Below are positions 38,041-52,145 of a DNA stretch of 64,000 nt, one piece after another (position 1 is the stretch's first letter; each line of letters starts with the position of its first letter). The position numbers and the translations under genes were made by a program. The notes beneath the pieces are model-generated. The model made no database searches and had not been told where the DNA came from. It saw only the letters and a list, made by a program, of their open reading frames with translations. This stretch comes from Heterodontus francisci (Eukaryota), in assembly GCF_036365525.1 (NCBI RefSeq), contig NC_090404.1:27302149-27366148 (forward strand). Reading direction: 5' to 3'.

Positions 38041-40919
38041 ATATATCCAAGTTGTTAACTAAACTAATTGAAGTGCCGCAGTAAATATTTTAGATGAGAA
38101 CAAAATGCTGCAAAGGGATGTTGTTAGAAAAGATAAGTGTGCACAACTGTGGCAGCTGGAATTTAAGTTGGGAAATGCAGGATTCTTCACTTTGGACTGA
38201 AGAAAAATAGATCGCTGTATTTCCTAAGTGGCGAGAAGCTAAAAACTCGAGGATCAGAGAGACAAAGCTGCTTACATACAGAAATGACAAGAGTTTAATG
38301 CATAGCCATGAAAAATGGCTAATAGAAAGTTGACCTTTTTCTCAAGGTGGGGTGGAATTCAACGGTGTGAAAAATATGTTAATGATATATAAAGTGCCAG
38401 TTAAACTCAGTTTTGAGCCCTGTGTTCAGTTCTGGGCACTACATATCAAGTGGTCTCAGAGGGGGGCAGCGCTGATTCACCAGAATGATACTGTGGCCAC
38501 ATTATGATGAAAGGCTTGTATTCCTTTCAGTACAGAAGATAAGGTTTGATCCAATGATTTAAAAATGACACAGAAGCGAGAGAGCAGCGATTTCCCCTGG
38601 TGGGGAATTTAGAGCAAGGAGTAGAACAAAAGTAGAGCTAGGCTATTGGGCTGTAATATCAGGACGTTCTTCGTCACACAAGGGGAGGTAGAAATCGAAA
38701 CTCCAGCTGTCAAATGCTGTTGATGCCAGTAAAATGAAAGTTTCAATACTAAGACGGAAAAGTTTTTAATTAGGGCAGGGTATCAAAGATCACAGAACAG
38801 AAGCGGGGAAATCAGCCATGGTCAAATTAAATTTTAGAACAGGCTGCAGTGGCTGAATATCCTATTCTGGTTCCTATATTCCCCACTTATTTCCTTTATA
38901 GTTCTTCTCTGCATTTTCTGTGCTCAGTCTGAATCACGTCTATTATGAACCTGTTATGATTTATGAACATTAGGTAATGTGTTGCGAATCTAGTTGACGG
39001 TTGGGTAGCGAGAAATTTAGTAACATGCTGTTCAATATCTCTAGATGTTTTATATAACTTCCAAGAGATGATTATCTGCAAAGATAAAACCTCATAGGAT
39101 TGGAGGTAAACTTGTGACATGGGCTGGCAATTGCTTGGTGTGGTAAAATGAATAGTGTCCCTCGTGGATCTGAACTGGGGCCTGAGCTTTTTACTGCATA
39201 CATGAACAACTTGGATGAAAAGATTTAGATGCAAGTTTGGAGATGGCAGGAAATTAATAACCATCATAAGTTGCATAATTAAGAGCAGTACATTGAAAAG
39301 TAATAGAGATAGTCTAAAATATATGCAAACCGCTGGCACGGGCATTCTATGTGGGGTCGACTTTAGAATTAAGATAGGCAAATCTGAATATTTCCTTAAT
39401 GGTAACTGTAGAAGAAGAAATGAATTGGGTGACTAGTTACGCAAATGATTCAAAACAAGTGCACATGTTCAAAATGTAATCAGAATGTTTTACTCACGTC
39501 ATGGGATGTGGCCACATTTGTTGCCCATCGCTAGTTGCTTTGCAAAGGTGGTGGTGAGCTCCCTTCTTGAACTGCTGCAGTCCATCTGTTGCAGGTACAC
39601 CCTCAGTTAGGGAGGGAGCTCCAGGATGTTGATTGAAAGACAGTGAAGGAAAGGCGATCTATTTCTAATTCAGTATGGTGTGCGGCTTTGTGGGGAGCTT
39701 GCACCTGCTGCCCTTGCCTATCTAGGTGGTAGAGGTCACAGGTTTGCAAGGTGCTGTTGAAGGAGGTGTGGTGAGTTGCTGCAGTGCATCTTCTAAATAG
39801 TACACGTTGCTGCATCGGTGGTGGAGGGAGTGAAGGCTTAAGGTGGTAGATGGAGTGCCAATCAAATGGGCTGCTTTCTCCTGGATGGCGTCGACCTTCC
39901 TGAGTATTGCTGGAACTGCCCTCTTCCAATACACAAGACTACCAGGGTGAAAATGATTAAATTATGAGGTCAGGTTTCATAAACTAAGCTTATACACCCA
40001 TTGAGTTTAGAAAGTTGACGTTTATTCCAATTGAAGCGTTTAAAATAACAAAATATTTTAATAGGGTAGACACAGAGAAACTATTTCTTCTGATGAGGGA
40101 ATTCAGAACAAGGGACACAAATGTAAAGTTTTAGCTAAATCATTCAAGATTAAAATGAAAAAGTAGGCTTTTACAAATCAAGGGTCGTGGATAGGTAGAA
40201 TGATTTAGCCAAAAAAGGCTTTGGTGCTTAGATAATTGACATTTTCAATACAGATATTGTTTCTTTTGTCAGGTAAGGTTATCAATGAAAATGGAGCAAA
40301 GGTGAGAAAATGAAGTAAATATTTGCAACCCAAAACTATTATCCTTAATTTTGAAAATTTCATGTTTCTAGTACCGTGCATGTGGCAAAAGAAAATCCTG
40401 ATTTCCCTCTGAAAAAGACCATTTCTAATTTTGAGGTTATACCCAGTGCATTGTGCAGTCTTGCAGCTGTGGAAATAAGGGGTTCTTGTGATGGAGACGG
40501 TTTGAATTTAGAACCGTAGATGGAGTATGAATAAGGTGTTGAGGTGGTGAAGAGTCTGTTTCTGGCTGACTGCATTTCCAAAGAGATGGATTGAGTCAGT
40601 CACAATGGTACATAGTTGGTGACAGGAAAAGAAGATGATGAATGCGGCATTCACAAAGCTGAGTGGGAGAGTCTCATAGTTGATTCTGAACTAAATGTTG
40701 GGCAAAAGATCTGACTGCAGACAATCTGTGGAACAGTCGACAAAGTGAAGAGATATAAATTAGCATCATCATAAGGCTTGCAGAAGCCAAGCAATACCTA
40801 TGAAACATGTCACAGAAATGCAACAAGTACATGATGAAAAGGAAGAGCTGAAGGATGGATAACTGGAGGACTTTGGAACTGTTGATACAGAACCGGAAAG
40901 AGAAGCCAATCTTCCGATG

Positions 40920-41210
40920 GAGGGTATTAAACTGGGGTCAGACTGCCTTCTCAGGTGGACGTAAAGAAGAAGAAGCAGACGAGTCATTCCCAGTATCCTG
41001 ACCAGTATTTACCCTTCAATTACAATCATTAAAACAGATTATCTTGTCTTGAACACCTTTCTGTTTGTGGCAGTTTGCTGTTCACAAATTAGCTGCTGTG
41101 TTTCCTGCGTTGCAATAGTGACTAAACTTCAAAAACACTTAATTGGCTGTAAAGCGCTTTGGGACATCTGGTGGTCATGGAAACCGCTATAGAAATGCAA
41201 ATCTTTCTTG
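40920..41210 (+). mobile_element. Deu-domain SINE
   Basis: CTCAGGTGGACGTAAA...AAAACAGATTATC...TGGCTGTAAAGCGCTTTGGGAC...GCTATAGAAATGCAA. Confidence 0.7.
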
Positions 41211-44097
41211 TTTGGGGAGTCAAGCAGTGAGCCGTTCGTCAGAGCATTCTTACCCTCTAATCTGCTCTAGTACCCAAAGCTGATTCAGCTGTGTTTATGA
41301 TTACTGGTGATCACCAGGATGGGGATAGTGGGAGACTCTGATGGTAATGACGTGGAATGTCAAAGGGAGGTGGTTAAGTTCTCTCTTGTGTGAGATAGTC
41401 ATCACCTGGCACATGTCTGGCACGAGTGTTACATGAACCCAAGGCTGAATACCTCCCAGTTCCCGGTGCATGTAAACATGGACTGCTTTATGATATAAGA
41501 AATTGTGAATGGAGCTGAACACTACATAAAGAGGAAACAGATCCAATCTGATCTAATGGCAGATACGTGTGAAGATGACTGGGTCTAGGGCACTGCCCTG
41601 AGGAAATCCTGCAGTGATGTCTTGGTCTGAGATAATTGGCCACCAATAACCCCAACTGTCTTCCTTTGTCTTGACTATGACTCCAGCCAGTGGAGAGTTT
41701 TCCTCTGATTCCATTAACTTTTAGTTTACCAGGGCTATTTGCTTTAATAAGGCTTCCTACATTACCACAGTTAATATACTTGGAAAGTACTTAATAGGCT
41801 CTAAAGTGCTTTGGGACGTTCTGAATTCGTGAATGACGCCATACAAATGCATTGGGAAATTGGGGGAGCAAAGAGGTCTCAAAAGTAAGTCGGCTGGAGG
41901 GGGTTACAGAGACAGTGAGAGGCGAGGCCTTAGAGAGATTTGAAAGCAAAGATGAAAATTTTATTACAGAGGTTTTGCTTGACTGGGCGCAAACATAGAT
42001 CAGCAAATGTGCGGGCTGAGCAAGACTTGGTGTGTCATAGAATACAGGTTGAAGAGTCGTGGATGACCTCAAGTTTACAGAAGGTGTGAGTTGGGAGGCT
42101 GGCCAGGCGTGTGCTGGAATAGTCAAGGATGGAGATAGCAACGTCATGGATGAGGATAGCAGCAGCAGATGAGCTAAGGCACGGGAGGAGATGGGGAATG
42201 TTACTGAGGTGGAAGTAGACGGTGTTTGTGATGAAGTGGTGATGTGACCGGGGCTCATGTTGATGTCAAACCGACACGTTACTCTGCACTTCTGCTCTTT
42301 ATTGGATAGATGCAAATGGCAGAAATAAGCCATTCAGCCCCTCGACCTGGTTTAGTTATGGACACACACCTCAGGAAGGGTATATTGGCCTTGGAGAGGG
42401 TGCAGCACAGAATCACCAGAATGATACTGGGACTAAAAAGTTTAAATTAAGGATACTTTGCACCAACTAGTCTTATATTCCCTTCAGTATAGACGAAACA
42501 TTTCATTTGATTAAAGGATTTGATAGACGAGATGTGGATAAGTTATTTCCTGTGACAAGGGAGTTTAGAATAAATGTGCATAATATCTGATATAAAGGTT
42601 GGCCGTTTAAGGGTGAGGTCAGAAAACGCATCTTCAGTTGAAGTATAGTGGAAATCTTGAACTCTGCCCCGCAAAAAGTAGTTTTTAAGTCCAGGTCAAT
42701 TGAAAATTTCTAAACTGAGATTGATAGTTATTTGTTAGTTAAGGGTATGAAGTGGCATGTAAGCAATACAATTAACAAAGAGATAAGCTACGATTTAATT
42801 GAATGGCATTTTCCTGCTCTCACGTTCATTTGCATGTCGTCACATGTTGTAGCTTCAGGAGGCTGGCACATCATTTTCATTTATGCATGATGATGCTCTC
42901 GGAATTCTTTTCTACACACCTCAGTGAACCAGATTTTGTTATCTGAATTGGTAGTAATGGTAGAGTGAGGGATATGCCGGGGCATGAGGTTGGAGATTAT
43001 GGTTGAAGCCTAGCATTGAGCTGTTTTAATCTATCCCGCTAAGTACAATGCTCGTGTCTCACAGAAAAACGATGCATATCCTCAGTGTGAAGATGGGAAT
43101 TGCTCTCCACAAGACCTGTGCAGTGATCACTCCTACCAATTCAGTCATGCACGGTAGTCATAGAAGTAGAATATGCACTTGTATTGATTATCTCACAATC
43201 GGCCGTAGGCCCAGTCTGTAAAATACGTTGTTCAGATCTCGGATAGCTCGCTCAGTAATGATACTACCAAGCCACGTTTAGTGATCGACTTTTAAATCCC
43301 CCTCCCTGAATATATTCCACATCTTTTCTCTCCTCATTGCTTCCTCCAAGTGGTGTTCAACATGGAGGAGTACTGATTCCTCAGCTGAGGGTAGTAATCA
43401 ACAGGAGGAATCCTTTTCCATGTGTAACCTGATGGCATGCAACTTCATGGGGTACGGAGTCAATGGTGAGGACCCCCAGGGCCACTTGCCCCGCCCTGCC
43501 ATGCACCAGCTTGAACAACAACCCTGAATTTATACCACTTTATCTATACCTCTGGTCCCTCTTTCCCACTGTTGGGGCAGGACACACTTAGGAATAGCGA
43601 TGGAGCAGTCAGAAACCTTGTCTGTTGTCCAAGATTCTGTGAACAAGTCTATGTCAGGCTATATCTTGACAAGTCTTTGGGAGTCATCTCCCAACTATGA
43701 CACTAATGTGGCGTTATTAGTGAGAATGACTTTGCAGAATTGACTGATCTGGCTGTGCCTTTGTAGTGTTCTTTTTTGATACATAGGTCACAGCCCAATG
43801 GCCTATCCCATTCTATTATTTTGCTGTTTTCTCACTGTTTGATACAACTGACTTTGTCACTGATTTGGTTTCTTGGCCACTTAAGGGAGAGTCAACCAGG
43901 TTGATGCGGGATTGGAGTCATATAGAAGCCAGAGCGGGTAAGGACAGTAGACTTCCTGAGCAAAAGGTTAGAAAGTTTAATTTAAAACACTGTAACATCC
44001 TCTTTTATTCGCTCTAGTGCATCAGAAATTAACATAAAATCGACTGCATTAGCTTCTTTGGTAAATGATTGGTGATTAATGGTGACGCAGCCTAAGC

Positions 44098-44176
44098 TGT
44101 TTGTTCAGTGATTGTTACTAACATCATTAGTAATGCTATCTAATTGGGTCTCGAGGGGGATAACATCAGGTATAAT
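44098..44176 (+). promoter_or_regulatory. Promoter block paralogous to the GPCR promoter at 12990-13075
   Basis: TGTTTGTTCAGTGATTGTTACTAACA...CTAATTG...ATCAGGTATAAT. Confidence 0.6.
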
Positions 44177-44247
44177 AAGGAATCCCCTGAAAATCAAACA
44201 GAGCGCATGTGAAATCTCGGATAGACATCACTTCTTTTCACAGAAAC

Positions 44248-44308
44248 TGCATGCTCCGCCCACAGTATGCCATTTACTACATTGCCCTTGCAGCTATCGT
44301 TGTTCCAG
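44248..44308 (+). pseudogene. Exon 1 of a second GPR139-like GPCR; exon 2 not seen in the window, so a relic or a long-intron gene
   Basis: CACAGAAACTGCATGCTCCG versus CACAGAAAATGCATGCACCA in gene 1. Peptide YAIYYIALAAIVVP versus FSIYYSVLAAFGVP. Same phase-1 donor context, GTTCCAG|GT. Confidence 0.75.
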
Positions 44309-44849
44309 GTGAAGTGGTGAAAGAAGTTATTCATTATCTAATTGAATGTATATCAAAGATGATTAAATGCAAAGCGGTAGAAGTTCTACTATAGTTTTAT
44401 AAAGCTCTGGGAATCCATGGACTTCAAGAAGACACTTGATAAAGTCCTTCATAAGAAACTGCTAGCAATATTTGAAGTTCATGCAAATTTATTGTCCCAT
44501 TAGGAAACGAGCTGAGTAGAATAGGACAGAAGCCCATATAAATAACACTCATAAACATTCCCCTGCCAATTACTTTAGTCATCTCTTCAAACAAATCGAG
44601 GCAGATTCGCCAGGCATGACATACCCTTTACAAATCCATGCTGGCTCTCTCTGCTGAGCTGAAAATCTCAAGATGTTTAGTCAAACTATCCTCAATTATG
44701 GATTCTATAAATTTCCTCCAATATATGTTGCACTAACAGCTGTATAATATCCTCGTTTTCTTTTTGCACCTTTCTTAAAATGTTTTCAACTCATTTTCAG
44801 CCTCAATGTCTTTTAGAGAGAGAGAGTGAGCGAGAGAGAGAAAGAGTAG

Positions 44850-45860
44850 GGATAATGGACTGGTAATTGAATTGGCAGGATATGACTGGTGGTGTCCCGC
44901 AAGGATCTGTGTAGGGACTTCAAATATTCCCTGTGTTCATGAACGACTTAGATGATGGAATAAATAGCCACATATGCAAAAGTGCTGATGACACATAGAT
45001 AGGTGGCATTGTAAACAGTGTAGATGGAAGCATATCATTACAAAGATTCATTGATAGATTAACTGAATGGACAAACTGGCAAATAGATATCAATCTAGGC
45101 AAATGTAAGGTCATCAACTTTGGACTTAAAAGAATAGGACAGGGCACTGTCTACATAGTGAATAGTTGGAAACAGTGAAGATCCAAAGAGACTTGAAGAT
45201 CCAGGCACATAGATCATTAAAATATTATAAGCTTGTACAGAAAATAATCAAAAGATCTAATGGAACACTGACCTTTATATCAAGAGTACTAAATGCAAAT
45301 AAGGTAACAGTACTGGTTAGAGCACATTTGGAATACCATAAGCAGTTCTGGAAACCACACCTCAGGAAGGATATATTGGCCTTGTAGGGAGGGCAGCTTA
45401 GATTTACCAGAATGATAACTGAAATCTGTGGGTTAAATCAAGGAGAGATTGCACAAAGTAAGGTTCTATTACATGGAATGTAGAAGGTTAAGAGTTGATT
45501 TGAACGCAGTTTTCAAGATATTAAGATTACATATAGAGATAAACTATGTCTGCTGTTTGGGGAGTTCTAGGGCTGGGGGACAGAGTAAAAAAATCGAGCC
45601 AGACCTTTCAGCAGTGAAATTAGGAAACATGGCTACATGCAAAGAATGGTAATTGTGGAACTGCCTTCTGCAAAAGTCAATTGATGCTAGATCATTTGTC
45701 AATATAAAATCTGAGATTGATAGATTTTATTAACCAAAAGTATTGGGGGATATGGGGAAAAGTTGAGCATATGTAGTTGGACCGTAAATTTGTCATGTTG
45801 TTACTGAATGGCAAAACAGGCTCGAGGGACTATATGGTCTACTCCTCTTCTTAATTGAAA
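44850..45860 (+). mobile_element. Old CR1 LINE 3' portion
   Basis: GGTGTCCCGCAAGGATCTGT (GVPQGS) and LVRAHLEY...FWKPHLRKDILAL, then a 3' UTR. Confidence 0.75.
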
Positions 45861-46894
45861 ATATCTAAGGTCAGATTGCTAATTTTTTGTTACGCCTGGA
45901 TATTAAGGTTTCCGGAAAAAAGATAAATAGATGGAGTTAGGATACAAATCAACCATAAGCTAAATGACTGGTGGCCAGACTCTACGGAGCAGATGTCCTA
46001 CCCCTCTTATAATATTCAAAATCTGTACATCGGGTGTGAAACAAATGGCGCACTCCAACAAGCTTAATACTGCATAAAATGCAGGTGCCTCCTCTTCTAC
46101 TCAAAGCCAATCCCACCATTGAAATGTAGACACTCCAGATAATAAAAGTGGAAGAGAAGGATTCTCAGCTTGATCTTCTGAATATCTCAGAATTGAACAT
46201 GTCATGAGAAAATACAGGGACACCAACAGATAAACATGGCTGTAGGAATTGAATAGAATTATGATTTTGAAAATGGAATAGTGTAGGTCAGATGGTTTCA
46301 CAGGTCGGCGCAACATCGAGGGCTGAAGGGCCTGTACTGCGGTGTAATGTTCTATGTAATGTTCTATGATCTATGTTCTATGATTTTTCTTGCATTAAAT
46401 ATTTTTCTTGCTGCCAGATTGAACTACATTTTAAATGGCTTACTAATATTGCAAAATCCCAAATATGAATGTAGCTTGGACGTTTACCTGCCTCAACCCA
46501 CACTGTGACTCTATTTGCCCCTTCCCCAGTGAAGTCAGATGTTGTTTGACGTGCACTGCTATTTAATTACGTGCACTTATTTGCAGTTGTATGCCCTTAG
46601 CTCGGTTAGCAGCACCGGACCCTCAGTTCCAGAGTTATTGGGTTGAAGCTCCTCACAAGGACCATAATACATAGCCCAGGTTAACACAAGAAAATATTGA
46701 GCGTGTGCTGATTGTGGGACCTGTCGTTCTCCCATGACACGTTAAACTGATGCCCCATTAGTTGACTGAATTGGAAGTTAATGACTACTTTAGACTACTG
46801 AAAAGGGGCAGCAGATCTCCTGGTTCTCCAGAGAATATTCTATTCTCGACCAATGTGCCATTCCTGGCCAAACTGGTCAATAGAACAAAGAGGA

Positions 46895-48045
46895 AAAGAA
46901 CAAAGAACAGTACAGCACAGGAACAGGCCATTCGGCCCTCCAAGCCTGCGCCGATCTTGATGCCTGCCTAAACTAACACCTTCTGTACCTCCGGGGCCCA
47001 TATCCCTCTATTCCCTTCCTATTCATATATTTGTCAAGATGTCTCTTAAATGTCGCTATCATATCAGCTTCCACCACCTCCCCTGGCAGCAAGTTCCAGG
47101 CACTCACCACCATCTGTGTGAAAAACTTGCCTCGCACATCCCCTCTAAACTTTTCCCCTCGCACCTTAAACCTACGTCCTCCAGTAACTGACTCTTTCAC
47201 CCTGGGAAAAAGCTTCTGACTATCCACTCTGTCCATGCCGCTCATAACTTTGTAAACCTCTATCATGTCGCCCCTCCACCTCCGTCGTTCCAGTGAAAAC
47301 AATCCGAGTTTTTCCAACCTTTCCTCATAGCTAATGCCCTCCAGACCAGGCAACATCTTGGTAAACCTCTTCTGTACCCTCTCCAAAGCCTCCACGTCCT
47401 TCTGGTAATGTGGCGACCAGAATTGCACACAATATTCTAAGTGAGGCCTAACTAAGGTTCTGTAGAGCTGCAACATGACTTGCCAATTTTTATACTCTAT
47501 ACCCCGACCGATTATGGCAAGCATGCCGTATGCCTTCTTGACTACCTTATCCACCTGCGTTGCCACTTTCAGTGACCTGTGGACCTGGACGCCCAGATCT
47601 CTCTGCCTGTCAATACTCCTAAGGGATCTGCCATTTGCTGTATAACTCCATCCTGCATTAGACCTTCCAAAATGCATGACCTCAGATTTTTCCGGATTAA
47701 ACTCCATCTGCCATTTCTCTGCCCAAGTCTCCAGCCGATTTATATCCTGCTGTATCTCTGACAATCCTCATCATTATCCGCAACTCCACCAACCTTTGTG
47801 TCGCCCACAAACTTACTAATCATACCAGCTACATTTTCCTCCAAATCATTGAAATATATTACAAACAGCAAAGGTCCCAGCACTGATCCCTGCGGAACAC
47901 CACTAGTTACATCCCTCCATTCAGAAAAACACCCATCCACAGATACCCTCTGTCTTCTATGACCAAGCGAGTTCTGTATCCATCTTGCCAGCTCACCTCT
48001 GATCCCGTGTGACTTCACCTTTTGTACCAGTCTGCCATGTGGGAC
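46895..48045 (-). mobile_element. Young 5'-truncated CR1 (HER1-like) LINE
   Basis: ORFs 47740-48096 (SGVPQGSVLGPLLF) and 46973-47764 (near-intact C-terminus). The 3' tail resembles the HE1 SINE tail. Confidence 0.92.
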
Positions 48046-48549
48046 TTTTTTATTTGTTGGGGCTGACTCATGCAGACTGGCTGCTGGATCTGACATGTGA
48101 AGGAGTTCTAATATATTGAGACATTCGTCTGGAGGGGTTACATGAACACAAGGTTCCAGAATCTTTGCTTCATTAGTTGTTACTATTCATTATAAAGTGG
48201 TTTGACTTTTATTGCATTAGTTAGTGTACTTTACGTTTCCTAATTAATTATCTTAGATCTGTATATATTACTTACTAGAATCATAGAATGGTTACAGAGA
48301 AGAAGGAGGCCATTCGACCCTTTGTGGCCTTGCCAGCTCTCTACAAGAGTATTTATCTAGAAGAACTACCCCCGCCATTTCCTCTTGGCCCTCCAAAATT
48401 TCCATTCGGATAGTTATACATTTTCTTTGCAAGCACGATTGAATATCCCTTAAGTAACCCTTCAGGCAGTGAATTACAAATTCTAACCTGTCACTGCCTA
48501 AAAATGTTATTCGTCAGGTCGCCTTTGATCCTTTTGCCAATCTCTTTAA

Positions 48550-50016
48550 CAGTCAAGCTGTTCCAGTACAGCTACAACACTGGCATCTACCCAGCAATGT
48601 GGAAAATTTCCCAAGTACGTCCTGTACACAAAAAAAGGACAAATCCAAAGCGGCTAACTAGTGCCCAATTAGTCTACTCTCAATCATCAGTAAACGGATG
48701 GAAGGTGTCATCAACAGCACATTCAAGCGGCAATTGTTCAGCACTAACCTGCTCACTGACGCTCAGTTTGGGTTCTGCGAGGGCCACCAGTCTCCTTACC
48801 TTATTACAGCCTTGGTTCAAACATAGACTAAGAGCTGAACACAAGAGGTGAGGTGAGAGTGATGGCCCTTGACATCAAGGCAGCATTTGACTGAGTATGG
48901 CATCAAGCAGCCCTAGCAAAATTGGAGCCAAAGGGAATCGGGGGGAAAATCTGCGCTGGTTGGAGTCTACCTAGCACATATGTGGATGTTGGAGGTCAAT
49001 CATCTCTGGTCTAGGACATCACTGCAGGAGTTCCTCAAGGTTCTTCAGCTGCTTCGTCAATGACCTTCCTACAATCATAAAGTCAGAAGTGGGGATGTTC
49101 GCTGATGATGGCACAATGTTCAGCACCATTCACGACTCCTCAGATACTGAAGCTGCCCGTGTAGAAATGTAGCAAGGCCTGGACAATATCCAGGCTTGGG
49201 CTGACAAGTGGCAAGTAACATTCGTGTCACACAAGTGCCAGGCAATGATGATCTCAAAGAAAAGAGAACCTAACCATCTCCCCTTGAAGTTCAATGGCAT
49301 TACGATCGCTGAATCCCCCACCATCAACATTCTGAAGGTGACCATGGACCAAAAACTGAACTGAAGTAGCCATATGAATAATATGGCTACAAGAGCATGT
49401 CAGAGGTGAGGAATCCTGCGGCGAGTGCTGAAAAATGGGGTTAGAATAGAAAGGTGCTTGATGGTCAGCACAGACAAGATGGGCCAAAGGGCCTGCTTCT
49501 GTGCTGTATCACTCTATGACTCCATGAGTAATTCACCTCCTGACTCTCCAAAGCCTGATCATCATCTACGAAGCACAAGTCAGGAGTGTGATGGAGTACT
49601 ATTCATTTGCCTGGATGGTTGCAGCTCCAACAAAACTCAAGAAAATCGACACCATCCAGGACAAAGCAACCTGCTTGACTGGCACCCTATCCTCAAACAT
49701 TCACTCCTTCCAATGCACAATGGCAGCAGTTTGTACTATCTACAAGTAGCAACGCACCAAAACTCATTCGACAGCACCTTTCAAACCCACGACCTCTACC
49801 ACCTAGAAGGACAAGGGAAGCAGTATGCTAACACCACCACCTGCAAGTTCCCCTCCAAGCCACACATCATCCTGCATTGGAACTAGATCGCCGTTCCTTC
49901 ACTTTGGCTGGGTCAAAATCCTGGCACTGCATTCCTAACAGCACTGTCTGTATGCCTACTCCTCAAGGACTGCAGCGGTTCAAGGAGGCAGCTCACCACC
50001 ACCTTCTCAAGGGCAA
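48550..50016 (+). mobile_element. CR1/Crack-like LINE, RT and 3' portion
   Basis: Encodes KLFQYSYNTGIYPAMWK, ALDIKAAFD*VWH and MFADD. Confidence 0.8.
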
Positions 50017-50350
50017 TTTAGTTTAGTTTAGAGATACAGCACTGAAACAGGCCCTTCGGCCCACCGAGTCTGTGCCGACCATCAACCACCCATTTATACT
50101 AATCCTACACTAATCCCATATTCCTACCACATCCCCACCTGTCCCTATATTCCCCTGCCACCTACCTATACTAAGGGCAATTTATAATGGCCAATTAACC
50201 TATCAACCTGCAAGTCTTTGGCATGTGGGAGGAAACCGGAGCACCCGGAGGGAACCCACGCAGACACAGGGAGAACTTGCAAACTCCACACAGGCAGTAC
50301 CCAGAATTGAACCCGGGTCGCTGGAGCTGTGAGGCTGCGGTGCTAACCAA
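50017..50350 (-). mobile_element. HE1-type SINE
   Basis: Reverse complement of 1920-2270, near identical to 31860-32200. Confidence 0.9.
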
Positions 50351-51024
50351 TGCGTGCTGTCCTTGCGGTCCATGTCCACATCCCATGAATGGACTAGCAG
50401 ATTAGGACAGTCCATCCCTTAAGTTTGCTACGCCATTCATTAAAATCATGGCTGAAATTCTGAATCAACTGCACTTTTCCATCCTAACTCTGTATCCCTT
50501 GATTCTCTCAGCATCCAATAATCTCTCTATCGCATACTTGAATATAGTCAGCAACTGAGCATCCATGGCCCACTTGCGGTACAGAATTCCAAAAAATCAC
50601 GACCCTCTGAGTGTTGACAGTTTTTCATCATCTCAGTTCTAGATGGCAGAACACATCTTCTACGTGCTCTATTAATAAAACCAATAATCCCAGAGCAGGA
50701 AGTATAACTAGTATTTGGAAAAGGTTTAGCATATCCTTCGTTCTGTTGTACCCTATTCCTGTATTAATAAAGCCAAGGATCTATATGCCACCTTCAGAGA
50801 TCTGTCCATATACACCCCCAGATCACCCTGTTTTGGCACCCCATTTAAAATTTCACCATTTAATTCAGATTACCTTTCCTCATTCTTCTCACAGAAAAAT
50901 GCATAATTTAACAATTTTCCGTGATGAATTTCAACTGCCATGTATCTGGTCATATCGCCTGGATACCTATGACTTCCGGAAAAATGTTACTATCCAGCTC
51001 ATTGTTTACGGAATCCTTAGGTAA

Positions 51025-51770
51025 TGAAGCAATCCTTGCCCGCGTGCAGCAAAACCTGGACAAAATTCAGGCTTGACCTGCTAATTGGCAAGAAGCATCC
51101 ATGCCACAAGAGTGCCAGCCAATGACGATCTCTAACAAGAGAGAATCTAACCATTTACCCTTGATGTTCAATGGCATTACTATCACTGAATCGCCCACCA
51201 TCAACATCCTGGGGCTTACCATTTACTAGAAATGTAATTAGAGCAGCCATATAAATACTGTAGCGACAACAGCAGGCCAGGGGCTCGGAATTCTATGGCG
51301 AGTAACTCACTTCCTGACTCTCCAAAGCCTGACTACTGTCTACAAGGCACATGTCAGGAGTGTGATGGAATAGGCTCCACTAGCCTGGATGAGTGTAGCT
51401 CCAACAACACTCAAGAATCTTGATGCAATTTTGGAAAGAAGCAGCCCGCTTGATCGGCACCCAATCCACCACCTTAAACTTCCAAGCCCAAAACCTCTAC
51501 CAGCAAGACACATATAAACAGTACCAATTCCAACCAACCCTCTAAGTCACAAACCATACTGACTTGGAAGCATATCGCACCTTCTTCAGTGTCACTGGGT
51601 CAAAATTCTGGAACACCCTCCCTAATATCACAGTGGTGTACCTGCACTGCATGGATTGCGGTGGTTCAAGGTGGTTCTTCACCACCACCTTCTCTCAAGC
51701 AATTAAGGGTGGGTAATAAATGCTGGCCTTTCCAGCGATGCTCAATTCCCATGACTGAATTAAAAGAAAA
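51025..51770 (+). mobile_element. CR1/Crack-like LINE 3' fragment
   Basis: Homologous to 49145-50016. Confidence 0.7.
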
Positions 51771-52145
51771 TGTAGAACCTTGTCAAAAGGTCTTGATAAA
51801 ATCTATGCACACTTCATCAATCATGCTACCCTCATCGACCTTCCTTGATGCATTCCCAAAAAATTCAATAAAGATAGTAAGGCAGGACCTTCTCTTAACA
51901 AATCCATGCCGGCTATCTCAATTGATTCTGACCTTTCTAAATGAGGATTTATGCTGTCCATCAGAAGTGTTTCCAATAATTTTCCTACCGCTGAGGTTTG
52001 GATAACTGGCCTCTAGTTACTCGGTCTATGCCTTCCTCCTTTTTTAAATAATAGTACAAACTTTGCAGTCCTCCAGTCCTCTGTCAGCACAGCTATAGCC
52101 ATGGAGGATTGGAAAATGATGGCCAGAGTCTCTGCTATTTCATCC

